Part shown: piece by piece, positions 1 to 8,290 of the stretch
Layout: each line of letters opens with the position of its first letter
Numbering within the stretch: position 1 is the stretch's first letter
Origin: Paraspadella gotoi
Lineage: Eukaryota > Animalia > Chaetognatha
Assembly: GCA_051294375.1 (NCBI GenBank)
Contig: JBJCIZ010000056.1
Coordinates: forward strand, 10,687 to 29,358
Direction: 5' to 3'
Length of the DNA: 18,672 nucleotides
Notes under the pieces: generated by a model
Databases searched by the model: none
Told to the model about the DNA's origin: nothing
Seen by the model: the letters and a program-made list of their open reading frames with translations, nothing else
Position numbers and translations under genes: made by a program

Positions 1-9
1 GTTCGCACC

Positions 10-125
10 TTTGCATTATTTTATTAAGGCTTAATCATTTAACAAGCAAGTTGGTTTAACAAAATTTTATCTACAAACAATAAACAATTCAAGCAACGTT
101 GGATGACGCCATCGCCCCATCTACA
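10..125 (+). repeat. 3' portion of the 5' LTR of copy 1
   Basis: Aligns with ~5742-5861 (ttattaagg...ttttatctacaaac...caattcaagcaacgttggatgacgccatcgc..catc.taca); differences are mostly small indels; ends in CA directly before the PBS. Confidence 0.93.
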
Positions 126-126
126 T

Positions 127-140
127 TGGTGACCACGACG
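127..140 (+). promoter_or_regulatory. Primer-binding site complementary to the tRNA-Trp 3' end
   Basis: TGGTGACCACGACG lies 1 nt after the LTR. It matches 13/14 of TGGTGACCCCGACG, the start of the canonical tRNA-Trp PBS (as in avian sarcoma-leukosis viruses). Confidence 0.85.
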
Positions 141-187
141 CCAAACAAAATCCAACCTTCTGAAACGGCCCAACTGAGTAACTATCG

Positions 188-1277
188 ATGACCGAGCCGA
201 GAGATACACGTCAATCTTCCCGTCTACGCCTCCAGAACAACCTTAACGTCCCCGGTAGAGGCCGCGCATCCAGAGAAAACTCTCCAAGCGCGCCCGGCGG
301 TGGAGCAGTGACGCCGACTTTCGAATTCCCGTCTCCGCATCGTCCTGAAAACTTTGTCGACGCTCCTAGCGGGATGGCAGCTGCCTCTGACGAGACAGAG
401 ACACTTCGTACAGCGCTGGCGGCAGCATTGAAGGCTCTCGAAAAGAAGAAAAAGCCTGAGCTGCCAGCTTTCGACGTAAAAAATATCGACATCTGGATCA
501 AACGTGTCGAGGCGGCGTACGTTCGCGCGAATATCCGCGATGCAAAGGAAAAATTCGCGCATTTGGAATCGAAGATTAGCGTCGACGCTAATCCTCGAAT
601 AAACGCCTACCTCTATGGGGATCAGTCGGAGGCCAGCTGGAGGGAGTTCGTTGACTACCTTAGAAAGGAATACGGTTCCACACCTCGTCAACAAGCGTCT
701 CTCTTGCTCGACGGATTTGGTCGCGATGGCTTACGCCCATCGCAGCAACTCGCGCGACTCGTAGAAAAAACCAAGGATGCCACGATGGATGACATCCGCA
801 AGGAAACGGTCGTCAGAGGCCTCCCCATCGAAATCCGCCGATCCTTGGAAGACAAAATCGACAATTGGACAGCGGCACAGCTTGCAGAGGCCGCTGACAA
901 GTTTTTTAATCAAGAGGGGCGCCCAATCTTGTCCGCGCAGACATCATCAATCAATGCCGCCGTCAACAATGCTGACGACGACGCCTCGGATCTCGACAGC
1001 GCCGATGACGCCGATGTTAACGCCGTCCAAGGTTTTCGTAAGGATCGGAGTCGCTCGTCGAACCCACATTGGCGAAGCAACGCCCGCAACGGGCCGTTGA
1101 CCGGCCCTAACGCCTCGTCAAGCGCGCCTAGTGGCGCCGCTCGCGCAAGTAACGGAAATCTGAAGCAGATCTGCAGATTCCATCTTAAATTCGGCGACGC
1201 CGCCTACCGATGCAGAAGGGCTGCGCCAAGAAAAAGGATTCAAGGCGGGAAATGGCCAAGCGGGGCAGCGACGGTGA
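188..1277 (+). CDS. gag: Gag polyprotein (the ORF track reads it through to 1501 as a Gag-PR fusion; the inferred true stop is TGA 1275-1277)
   Basis: First ORF after the PBS. Motifs resembling this Gag family: KPELPAFDVKNIDIWIKRVEAAY, DGLRPSQQL, LPIEIRRSL..QLAEAADKF. Knuckle CRFHLKFGDAAYRC, with the fourth Cys (GGC TGC, 1219-1224) one nucleotide out of frame. Confidence 0.85.
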
Positions 1278-1308
1278 ACGCTGTTCCCCGCACAGAATCA
1301 AACTCACC
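1247..1308 (+). promoter_or_regulatory. -1 programmed ribosomal frameshift signal (gag/pol)
   Basis: Slippery heptamer G GGA AAT (1247-1253), 7-nt spacer, stem CGGGGCAGCG (1261-1270)/CGCTG-TT-CCCCG (1279-1290). Loop GGTGA (1273-1277) can pair with TCACC (1304-1308). A -1 shift enters the protease frame. Confidence 0.75.
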
Positions 1309-1318
1309 AGACGCCTCT

Positions 1319-1580
1319 TACCTCCTTCACGTCGTCGATGCTAGCGACGGCCGTCATTGGCTCGTTGATGGCGGCGCTCTTCTCTCTCTTGCTCCCCCAA
1401 CTCCCGAGCAGAAGGCAGCGGGCCCCAAGGCGCCCAACTTCAAGCGGCGAACGGGAGCCCAATCGCCTGTTACGGAGTCGCTCATAAGCGCATTACATTA
1501 GGACCGCGAGTTTTTCCTTTCGACGCTTATTGATAGCGGACGTTACCCAGAATATTTTGGGTGCGGATTTTCTCGCGGAG
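1319..1580 (+). CDS. pol: Retropepsin-like aspartic protease domain, split over frames by indels near ~1428 and ~1527
   Basis: WLVDGGALLSLAP (active-site position, D at 1367-1369). In a shifted frame, LQAANGSPIACYG (flap region) and ITLGPRVFPF. Then IADVTQNILGADFL (C-terminal ILG-D motif). Confidence 0.82.
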
Positions 1581-2432
1581 TATTTCTTAGCCCCGAACCA
1601 CCGCGATGGACTGCTTCTTGACTTGAAGGACTTTTCCACAATACCTTGTGCAGTTTCACGCGGCGCTCCTCCTTCACACATCAACTTCGTCAGTCAAGCC
1701 GAGGATGTCTATTACAAACTCCTCGATGAGTTTCCAACCCTCTTGACACCAACTTTTGAATTGAAGGAGCCTAAGCATGGCGTCCGCCATCACATCCCTA
1801 CATTCGGACGCCCATGCCAAGCCAGAGCTCGACGCCTCCCTCCAGAAAAGTTGGCCGTCGCCAAGGCTGAGTTGGAGAAAATGGTGTCACTCGGCATTGC
1901 TAAGCGGGCCAAGAGTTCCTGGTCGTCGCCAATCCTTACCGTTCCCAAAGCCGACGGTGGCTGGCGGGTCTGTGGCGATTTTCGCCGGCTAAATGCCAAA
2001 ACCAAAGACGACCGCTACCCCGTCAAACTGCTCACTGATTTCAATGCGGAGCTTGCCGGAAAGAAGATCTTTTCGAAGGTAGACCTCTTGAAGGGATACC
2101 ACCAAATCCCGGTTGCAGATGAGGATGTAGTGAAGACAGCAGTGATCACCCCATTTGGACTCTACGTGTTCCTCAGAACCCCTTTTGGCCTGAAAAACGC
2201 TGGCCAAGATTTCCAGCGGATGATGGACGAGATACTGGGGGACATTCCCCACACCTTCGTCTATTTAGACGACATCCTGGTGGCCAGTGAGGATCAGCAG
2301 CAGCATCTCCATGACCTGGAGCAAGTCTTCAGTGCCTTAGCAGACAACGGCCTGGTCGTCAACAGGCAGAAGTGCGTCCTCGGCAAGGAATCCCTTGAGT
2401 TTTTAGGCTATATGGTGATGCGACCGGCGTAA
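1530..2432 (+). CDS. pol: Pol segment: protease C-terminus and reverse transcriptase
   Basis: SSWSSPILTVPKADGGWRVCGDFRRLN, FSKVDLLKGYHQIP, KTAVITPFGLY..RTPFGLKNA, YLDD at 2262-2273, FLGY. It continues out of frame as DATGVKPLPQKVEAI...PPTTIKELQQFLG into the next ORF. Confidence 0.96.
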   Translation: MIADVTQNILGADFLAEYFLAPNHRDGLLLDLKDFSTIPCAVSRGAPPSHINFVSQAEDVYYKLLDEFPTLLTPTFELKEPKHGVRHHIPTFGRPCQARARRLPPEKLAVAKAELEKMVSLGIAKRAKSSWSSPILTVPKADGGWRVCGDFRRLNAKTKDDRYPVKLLTDFNAELAGKKIFSKVDLLKGYHQIPVADEDVVKTAVITPFGLYVFLRTPFGLKNAGQDFQRMMDEILGDIPHTFVYLDDILVASEDQQQHLHDLEQVFSALADNGLVVNRQKCVLGKESLEFLGYMVMRPA

Positions 2433-2511
2433 AGCCCCTCCCTCAGAAGGTGGAGGCCATCAGAGCACAAATCCACCGACAACCATTAAGGAGCTTCAAC
2501 AATTCCTAGGA

Positions 2512-4992
2512 ATGGTAAATTATTACCGTCGTTTCCTCCCAAATGCTGCCCACCACGCCGCTGCCCTCTACGATGCGCTGAAGGGCAAGCCCAAGCAACT
2601 GACTTGGACTCCAAAGTGCGCGACGGCTTTCGAGGCCGTAAAGGACGCCCTCGCCAATGCAGCCTTGCTTCGACACCCAAGATCAAACGCCCAACTGGCC
2701 GTCACGACCGATGCCTCCGACTACGCAGTCGGCGCAGTACTCGAGCAGCGGACCGATCAAGGGTGGGAACCCTTAGCCTTTTTTTCAGCCAAGCTTGATG
2801 AAGCTCAGAAGCGCTGGCCTCCCTTTGACAGGGAACTGTATGGAGCCTTCCGTGCAGTAAGGCATTTCAAGCATTGGATCGAGGGAAGGGCATTTACCCT
2901 ATATACTGACCACCAATCCCTCATCCATGCCCTTCATAAACGTGCAGAACCGCAAACGACAAGACACAATTTCCAACTGTCCGTCATCTCAGAATTTACA
3001 ACGGACATACGCCACGTCCGCGGCAAAGCTAACGTGGTAGCAGACGCTCTGTCGAGGCCAAGCCCGCCACCAATCGTCGCCTCAGCAGTTACTTCCATCG
3101 ACAAGTATGTCGGCGCCCTCGTTGACGCCCCCGTCGCCCTCTCTGACGCCTCTGTCTCCCTCTTAGATCGCCCAGTCGCTCCCGAGAAAACTGAAGATCT
3201 CAGAGCCACAATAAATGCAATTGGCCAAGAAGGGATTGACTTGGAAGAGATGGCTCGATATCAAGCGATGGACAAGGACTTCCAAGCCCTCTCCAACGAC
3301 GCCAGAACGGGACTCAGCTTCAGGAAGGTCACTGTTGGCAGTCAGCAACTTCTCGTCGACATCTCAAACGGCCCCGCCAGACCCTTTGTTCCTCAAGCAT
3401 GGCGCAAAAAAGTTTTTGACGCCGTTCATGGCCTCGGGCATCCCGGCGTTGCCCGCACCAGGGAAACTTTAACTTCAAAGTTTGTGTGGCCGTCGATCAA
3501 GGCTGACGCAAGCCGCTGGGCAAGAGAATGCATATCTTGTCAGCAGGCAAAAGTGACCCGCCACATCGTGCCGAACATTGGCGAATTCAAGGTCCCACCG
3601 CGGCGCTTTCAGCATATTAATGTCGACATCACGATAATGCCAAAATCAAACGAATACGGCTATCTGCTGACCGTCGTCGACCGGTTTACCCGCTGGCCAG
3701 CCGCTTTGCCGATGAAAGATATGACAGCGGCGACAGTCGTCGACACGCTGGTACATGGCTGGATCTCCATCTTCGGAATTCCAACCGACATCACGACCGA
3801 CAGAGGAGCACAATTTACATCAGCAATCTGGACCCAATTGGCCCAAACGTGGGGAATTGCTCATCACCAAACGGCGGCTTACCATCCCCAGGCGAATGGC
3901 CTGGTGGAGCGCTTCCACCGAAGGCTGAAAGAAGCTTTAATCGCCCTGGGAAACGAGCAGCCTCACCAATGGTTCTGGAGACTCCCTTCAGCTTTACTCG
4001 CCATCCGCACCACAGTCAAGGCTGACATCGGCGCATCTCCAGCAGATTTGGTTTTCGGGGAAGGCCTCACAGTCCCAGGCGACCTTTCAAGCCAACCTCC
4101 AAGTGACGAGGAACTTCAACATCATCGACGCCGCCTTCGAGATAATCTCCGGATCGAGGTTGAGCGCTTACAGCCCGTGGAAACCTCAACACATCGCCAA
4201 CCGAGAGTGCATCTCCCAGATTCCCTCGTCGACGCCACTCACGTTTTTATACAGAGATCCGGCGTCAAACCTCCACTCACAGCGCCCTACCAAGGCCCTT
4301 ATCGCGTCATAGCAAGAGACAACCTCAATTTTCGAGTCGAAATCCCTGGTCGTGGAGTGGAGACGATCGCGATCTCACGAATCAAGCCCGCAACCATCTG
4401 GAGCGATGACAATAACGGGGAAGATTTATCACAACCTCCCCCTCCACTTCCACCACCGCCTCCAGGACGTCCTTCGGGCCCGCGCAAACGGTTTCCGGCG
4501 CCAGCGACGCGTCAGACGCGTTCAGAGACTCGCCGTCGAAAAACGACAGCAGCGCCGCCAATTCGAAACCAAGAAACAAATGTCGCCAACTACGACGGTG
4601 AGGACAACTATAACGACGAGAATCTTTATTATCCCACCGTTTCGCCAGAACGAGAGCAAGCCCCAGTGGCGCCAACACCCATTTCGAGTCGGCAAAAAGA
4701 AGCAACAAATATTACTATCGATCCAACACCAACTCTCCCTTTGGACGCTCCCCTACAATCGCCTAGCGTAAATCCGACGCCATCCTTGCGTCAGCCACGC
4801 CCACTCCTAACGCCACGACAACGGCGTCGTTCGGGCCTTCGTCCAGTTCCACGACCGAAGAATATGGACGCTTGCTGTCGCCAAGGTGCTAACGCTGTCG
4901 TTACGACGCCGGGAGACTCAGATAAAATTATAGATGTTTCAAATAGACCAAACTATAACTCAGTGCTTCGTCATTTACTCAACATACCATGA
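2512..4992 (+). CDS. pol: Pol segment: RT connection, RNase H, integrase (HHCC, DDE, GPY/F) and a long Pro/Arg-rich tail
   Basis: RNase H motifs TTDASD, DRELYG, YTDHQSL, NVVADALSR. Integrase HGLGH...CISC (3427-3540), VDRFT, TTDRGAQF, NGLVERFHRRLKE, and YQGPYRV (~4288-4308). Confidence 0.96.
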   Translation: MVNYYRRFLPNAAHHAAALYDALKGKPKQLTWTPKCATAFEAVKDALANAALLRHPRSNAQLAVTTDASDYAVGAVLEQRTDQGWEPLAFFSAKLDEAQKRWPPFDRELYGAFRAVRHFKHWIEGRAFTLYTDHQSLIHALHKRAEPQTTRHNFQLSVISEFTTDIRHVRGKANVVADALSRPSPPPIVASAVTSIDKYVGALVDAPVALSDASVSLLDRPVAPEKTEDLRATINAIGQEGIDLEEMARYQAMDKDFQALSNDARTGLSFRKVTVGSQQLLVDISNGPARPFVPQAWRKKVFDAVHGLGHPGVARTRETLTSKFVWPSIKADASRWARECISCQQAKVTRHIVPNIGEFKVPPRRFQHINVDITIMPKSNEYGYLLTVVDRFTRWPAALPMKDMTAATVVDTLVHGWISIFGIPTDITTDRGAQFTSAIWTQLAQTWGIAHHQTAAYHPQANGLVERFHRRLKEALIALGNEQPHQWFWRLPSALLAIRTTVKADIGASPADLVFGEGLTVPGDLSSQPPSDEELQHHRRRLRDNLRIEVERLQPVETSTHRQPRVHLPDSLVDATHVFIQRSGVKPPLTAPYQGPYRVIARDNLNFRVEIPGRGVETIAISRIKPATIWSDDNNGEDLSQPPPPLPPPPPGRPSGPRKRFPAPATRQTRSETRRRKTTAAPPIRNQETNVANYDGEDNYNDENLYYPTVSPEREQAPVAPTPISSRQKEATNITIDPTPTLPLDAPLQSPSVNPTPSLRQPRPLLTPRQRRRSGLRPVPRPKNMDACCRQGANAVVTTPGDSDKIIDVSNRPNYNSVLRHLLNIP

Positions 4993-5180
4993 ATCATTGT
5001 ACAAATCTTTTTACTTCAATATTTTTAATTTTAAACTCTTTACGCTCTTGGTCGATTTCTGTACATATAGATATTCAATTTTACTTTTTAGCTTTAACTC
5101 AACTTACCGGAAAATCTGTATATTCAACACATTAAGATATATTGAGCCCATCGTTCCTTAAATACCTTGTATTTTCGTCT

Positions 5181-5187
5181 GGGGGGG
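5181..5187 (+). promoter_or_regulatory. Polypurine tract of copy 1
   Basis: GGGGGGG, 1 nt before TGTAG; the same sequence is in copy 2 (15519-15525, minus strand). Confidence 0.85.
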
Positions 5188-5188
5188 T

Positions 5189-5861
5189 TGTAGTTTTGAA
5201 CCCAGATTTTCCAGCCACAGTTGATTCGCGGTAGATATTCAACCATATTGAATCGTTACAAACTTAATTCGAAGTTGTTTAATTATACTTAGATCGATTC
5301 AAATTAATTAAAATAATAAATTAAAAAAGCTGATGACTCAGGATCGAACCCAGGACTTTTCAGCCATGAGCAGCGATCCAGCCAGAGTCACACTGGTACA
5401 ATAAAGATGATATTGACTCAGAGGCTTTTTATGGTTAATCCTACTTATTAGTGTCATCCTTTGTTGTACTTAAAACAAAAGAAACAACCAAGTAAATAAA
5501 GTCAGCTGATTCCTTTTTATTTGTTTCCATCTGCTGACTTATTTTTGATAAACTTCCATTAACTTCTGGAAAACCTAACAAAGGAAAATTACTTTATTGG
5601 AACAGGCTTGTTATTACTTTATTATTGTTAATGAACATTTGTTAATTCGTTGATTAATTAATTAATTAATTATTTTCTTTATTGTTGCATTTTGCATATG
5701 GATATTACATAAGCTAATTAGCCTATGGAATATCTATATGCTTTGATTATTTTATTAAGGGCTTTATCATTTTAACCAAGCAAGTGTGTTTAACAAAGAT
5801 TTTATCTACAAACATAAAACAATTCAAGCAACGTTGGATGACGCCATCGCGCCATCGTACA
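5189..5861 (+). repeat. 3' LTR of copy 1 (~673 bp)
   Basis: Starts TGTAG after the PPT and ends TACA. The 3' end matches 10-125 (5' LTR ends CTACA, giving TGTAG/CTACA termini). AATAAA-type signals at ~5400 and ~5495. Confidence 0.9.
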
Positions 5862-5949
5862 TATTGGTTTTACGGGTTTTTCTGTAAAAATAAAGTTTCT
5901 CTTCTTGTTCTGCTTATTTGTCATTGACTTTTTTATTCAGAGATTTAAA

Positions 5950-8290
5950 TCTCGAGAAAATTCAGCCAAAACATTTAGTAGTATATTGAGGGCAGGCTAA
6001 TCAACATTACTACTTTCGTTAGAGCAGAGATATGACGATGAAATATGTAGTAGAACAAGTATTTAGTTGGCCGGATGCCGCGTGGCCATAGTAAACCCAT
6101 GTGGGTGTCCGGAGTGAAGGGTGGGTTAAGAGGGTTAAGTGGGGGGTGGTCCGTGAGAGTTTCGAAATTCTCCTTGACCAGGTTGGAAATTTTCCGGCCA
6201 GAAGTTCGCGCCGGACTCCGGGTTCCAGAAAAAATTTGTGGAAGTAGTTAGTTATATGTTATTCCTTTAGTTCCTTTATGTGGTCTGACTGTGAGAATTT
6301 CGAAATTCTCCTTGACCGAGTTGCAAATTTTCCGTCTAAAACTTCGCTCTTCACTCCGGTTTTCTGAAAAAATTTGTAGAAAAAAACAGATTCTTTGTCT
6401 CTCTCTCCTCTCTTTGGCCGAAGCCAATAACAAAGAAAATTAAAAATTTTCCCCGGAAAATTTGAAAACTTTGGACTATATTTTTCTACCACGATCTCCT
6501 TTCTATTTATAAATATATNNNNNNNNNNNNNNNNNNNNNNNNNAATAACATACAAGAACAATCAATACGGAAGATAATATTTCTTCTGAGATACAGCCCG
6601 CTTAGTGAGAGTATAAGAACTGGTATCATTCTTGAGAGCTTAAGATGAAGACAAAAGAGACCAAAGCCATTCAGAGCCATTATATTATTACACGAGCGAG
6701 CTTGAATCTGCTAGAGTTCAAGGACGCTCATAGTACAAGCGATAATTCAATCGGAGAGCTCTAGGAAACAGTTTCAAAGTCACTATAGACTCCAAAATCA
6801 ATTTACGCAAAAGTGGATTCATATCATGGATAATCTCTTATAGTACGAGCAAAAAAAAATGTGTATCATATATGGTGGCTTAATAAATAAAGGAGACGGT
6901 GAAACCTCCCTTTAAGGGATTTAATTTAATATTTAAATTTTCAAAACTCTTACGCTAGTATGAGTATTTAAATTAAATAACAGGTCCTAAAAACTGTTTA
7001 TTCAAATTCATTTTCCCGACAGCGAAACTAATTTTGTAAGATATTTCTTCCTAGGGTTTCTTCCCTATAGCGTTTCGTGCTCAAAAGAAGAGAAAGCTCA
7101 GTGAGCGTACAGCTATATGCAAGAAACGTAGAAGTAAACAAGAAAGCGAATCCCTCTCTTTTATCTACAAAAATATTTTATTCAGAAATACCGGTAGTGA
7201 AGATGCCGATGCAGTATTTAGACGGAAAATTTGGCAATCTACAACCCGCGCTGTCAGGAGCAATATCAGCAAATTCTCTATCTCAGAATTCATCATTATT
7301 GAAAGCTAACTAAATATAATGTTTTATACATTAACTTTAATATCTAATCTGCACACTACTTCCACAATTTTCTGTCTCTGAGTAAATACCGGTTGATCGA
7401 TGATTAGCGCGACAAGTTTTTTTAGAACGCCGAATAATTATTGCTCAAACGTCGGTTCAAGGACGAATTTCGAAACCATTCTCACTAGTCGTCAGTACCA
7501 CAATGACAAGGAACTATAAGGCATCGTTCATAAAGCATATAACTAACTACTTCCCCACAAATTTTGTTCTTGTAAAACTTCGAGTTGGATAGTAGCGAAC
7601 GTTGTTACGCCGAAAAATTTGCAACACTCTCGTCTAAGCATGACAAATTTTCGATCAGATTCTTTATCACAGTGTTCAGCACTCCAACCAGTAAAGGAAC
7701 TAAAGTGAATAACATATAACTAACTACTCCCACAAATTTTTCTGCGAACCCGGAGTGCCAAGAGCGAAGTTTTAGACTGCGAAACCTCACAACGTCGGTC
7801 TAAGTGGCAGAATTGTCGAAATTTCTCACAGACAGACCACATATAAGCGATAACTAAAGGGAATACAATATAACTAAACTACTAATCCACAAATTTTTTC
7901 TTGGCAGAACCCGGCAGTCTCGGCGCCGAATTTCCTGGCCGGAAATTTCCACCTGGTGTGTCAAGGGAGAATTTCGAAAAAACTCTCACTGGCACCAACC
8001 CCTTCGACTTTACACGCCCGTTAACCCACGCCCTCGAGGCTCCGAGTGTCATCAGCTCTCAGCATGCGGTTACTTATCGCGCAACGCTCGTCTCCGCCTT
8101 TTCTAAATTCAACCATGCCGTACTATGACGAATATCCTCATTTCACGGCCCTCAACTTCTGCATAAACTAACGTAAATAAGTCTAAATAGAGTTTGATTT
8201 CCCGGCCTTAGCCTTCATATTAACTACTGACTATGTCCTTCTAGCCCGAATCGAAATTCAAAAAAGGGATCCTCCCACTCAGGTAATTTA
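5950..8290. mobile_element. Foldback-like element: long inverted arms containing ~140-bp tandem units; boundaries approximate
   Basis: The reverse complement of ~5950-6518 aligns noisily to ~6880-8290 (e.g. gtttcgaaattctccttgaccaggttggaaattttccggcc vs ggccggaaatttccacctggtgtgtcaagggagaatttcgaaa). Two units on the left arm, about five on the right. No transposase ORF seen. Confidence 0.6.
6519..6543. other. Assembly gap (25 N)
   Basis: N run. Confidence 1.

Larger units (their letters stand above)
1..5861 (+). mobile_element. Ty3/Gypsy LTR retrotransposon, copy 1 (CsRn1-lineage-like); 5' LTR only partly in window
   Basis: LTR end (..CTACA, 125) is followed by a TGG-starting PBS, gag, PR-RT-RNaseH-IN in Gypsy order, a G7 PPT and a TGTAG...TACA LTR whose last ~115 nt match 10-125. 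The lineage call rests on the tRNA-Trp PBS and the C-x2-H-x9-C Gag motif, known hallmarks of CsRn1/Boudicca/Kabuki elements. Confidence 0.95.

Noticed and set aside
4382-4708. Antisense ORF also present in copy 2 (16005-16274) as a possible accessory or env gene
   Set aside because: Non-ATG start and fully overlapping the pol tail; sharing is explained by high DNA identity and in-frame indels.
4390-4992. Chromodomain at the integrase C-terminus
   Set aside because: No aromatic-cage pattern (YLVKW..TWEP-like); the tail is low-complexity.
4934-5161. Hydrophobic 75-aa ORF after pol as an env remnant
   Set aside because: Short, and its composition follows from the T-rich UTR; the equivalent in copy 2 (15570-15776) diverges quickly once past the pol overlap.
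5330-5365. CTGATGA...GAA resembling a hammerhead ribozyme core in the LTR
   Set aside because: It is followed by GAAC rather than GAAA, and I could not build stem II or stems I/III with a cleavage triplet.
5321-5402. Bona fide tRNA gene
   Set aside because: Only the T-loop/B-box matches well; no convincing acceptor, D or anticodon stems. Kept only as a Pol III-like candidate.
5862-5866. Target-site duplication (TATT/TATTG) of copy 1
   Set aside because: The 5' flank is outside the window, so it cannot be verified.
5950-8290. Inverted repeat as a pure missed-adapter long-read artefact
   Set aside because: The inverted match appears to stop near 5950/8290 instead of continuing into the LTR, which fits real element termini better; not fully excluded.
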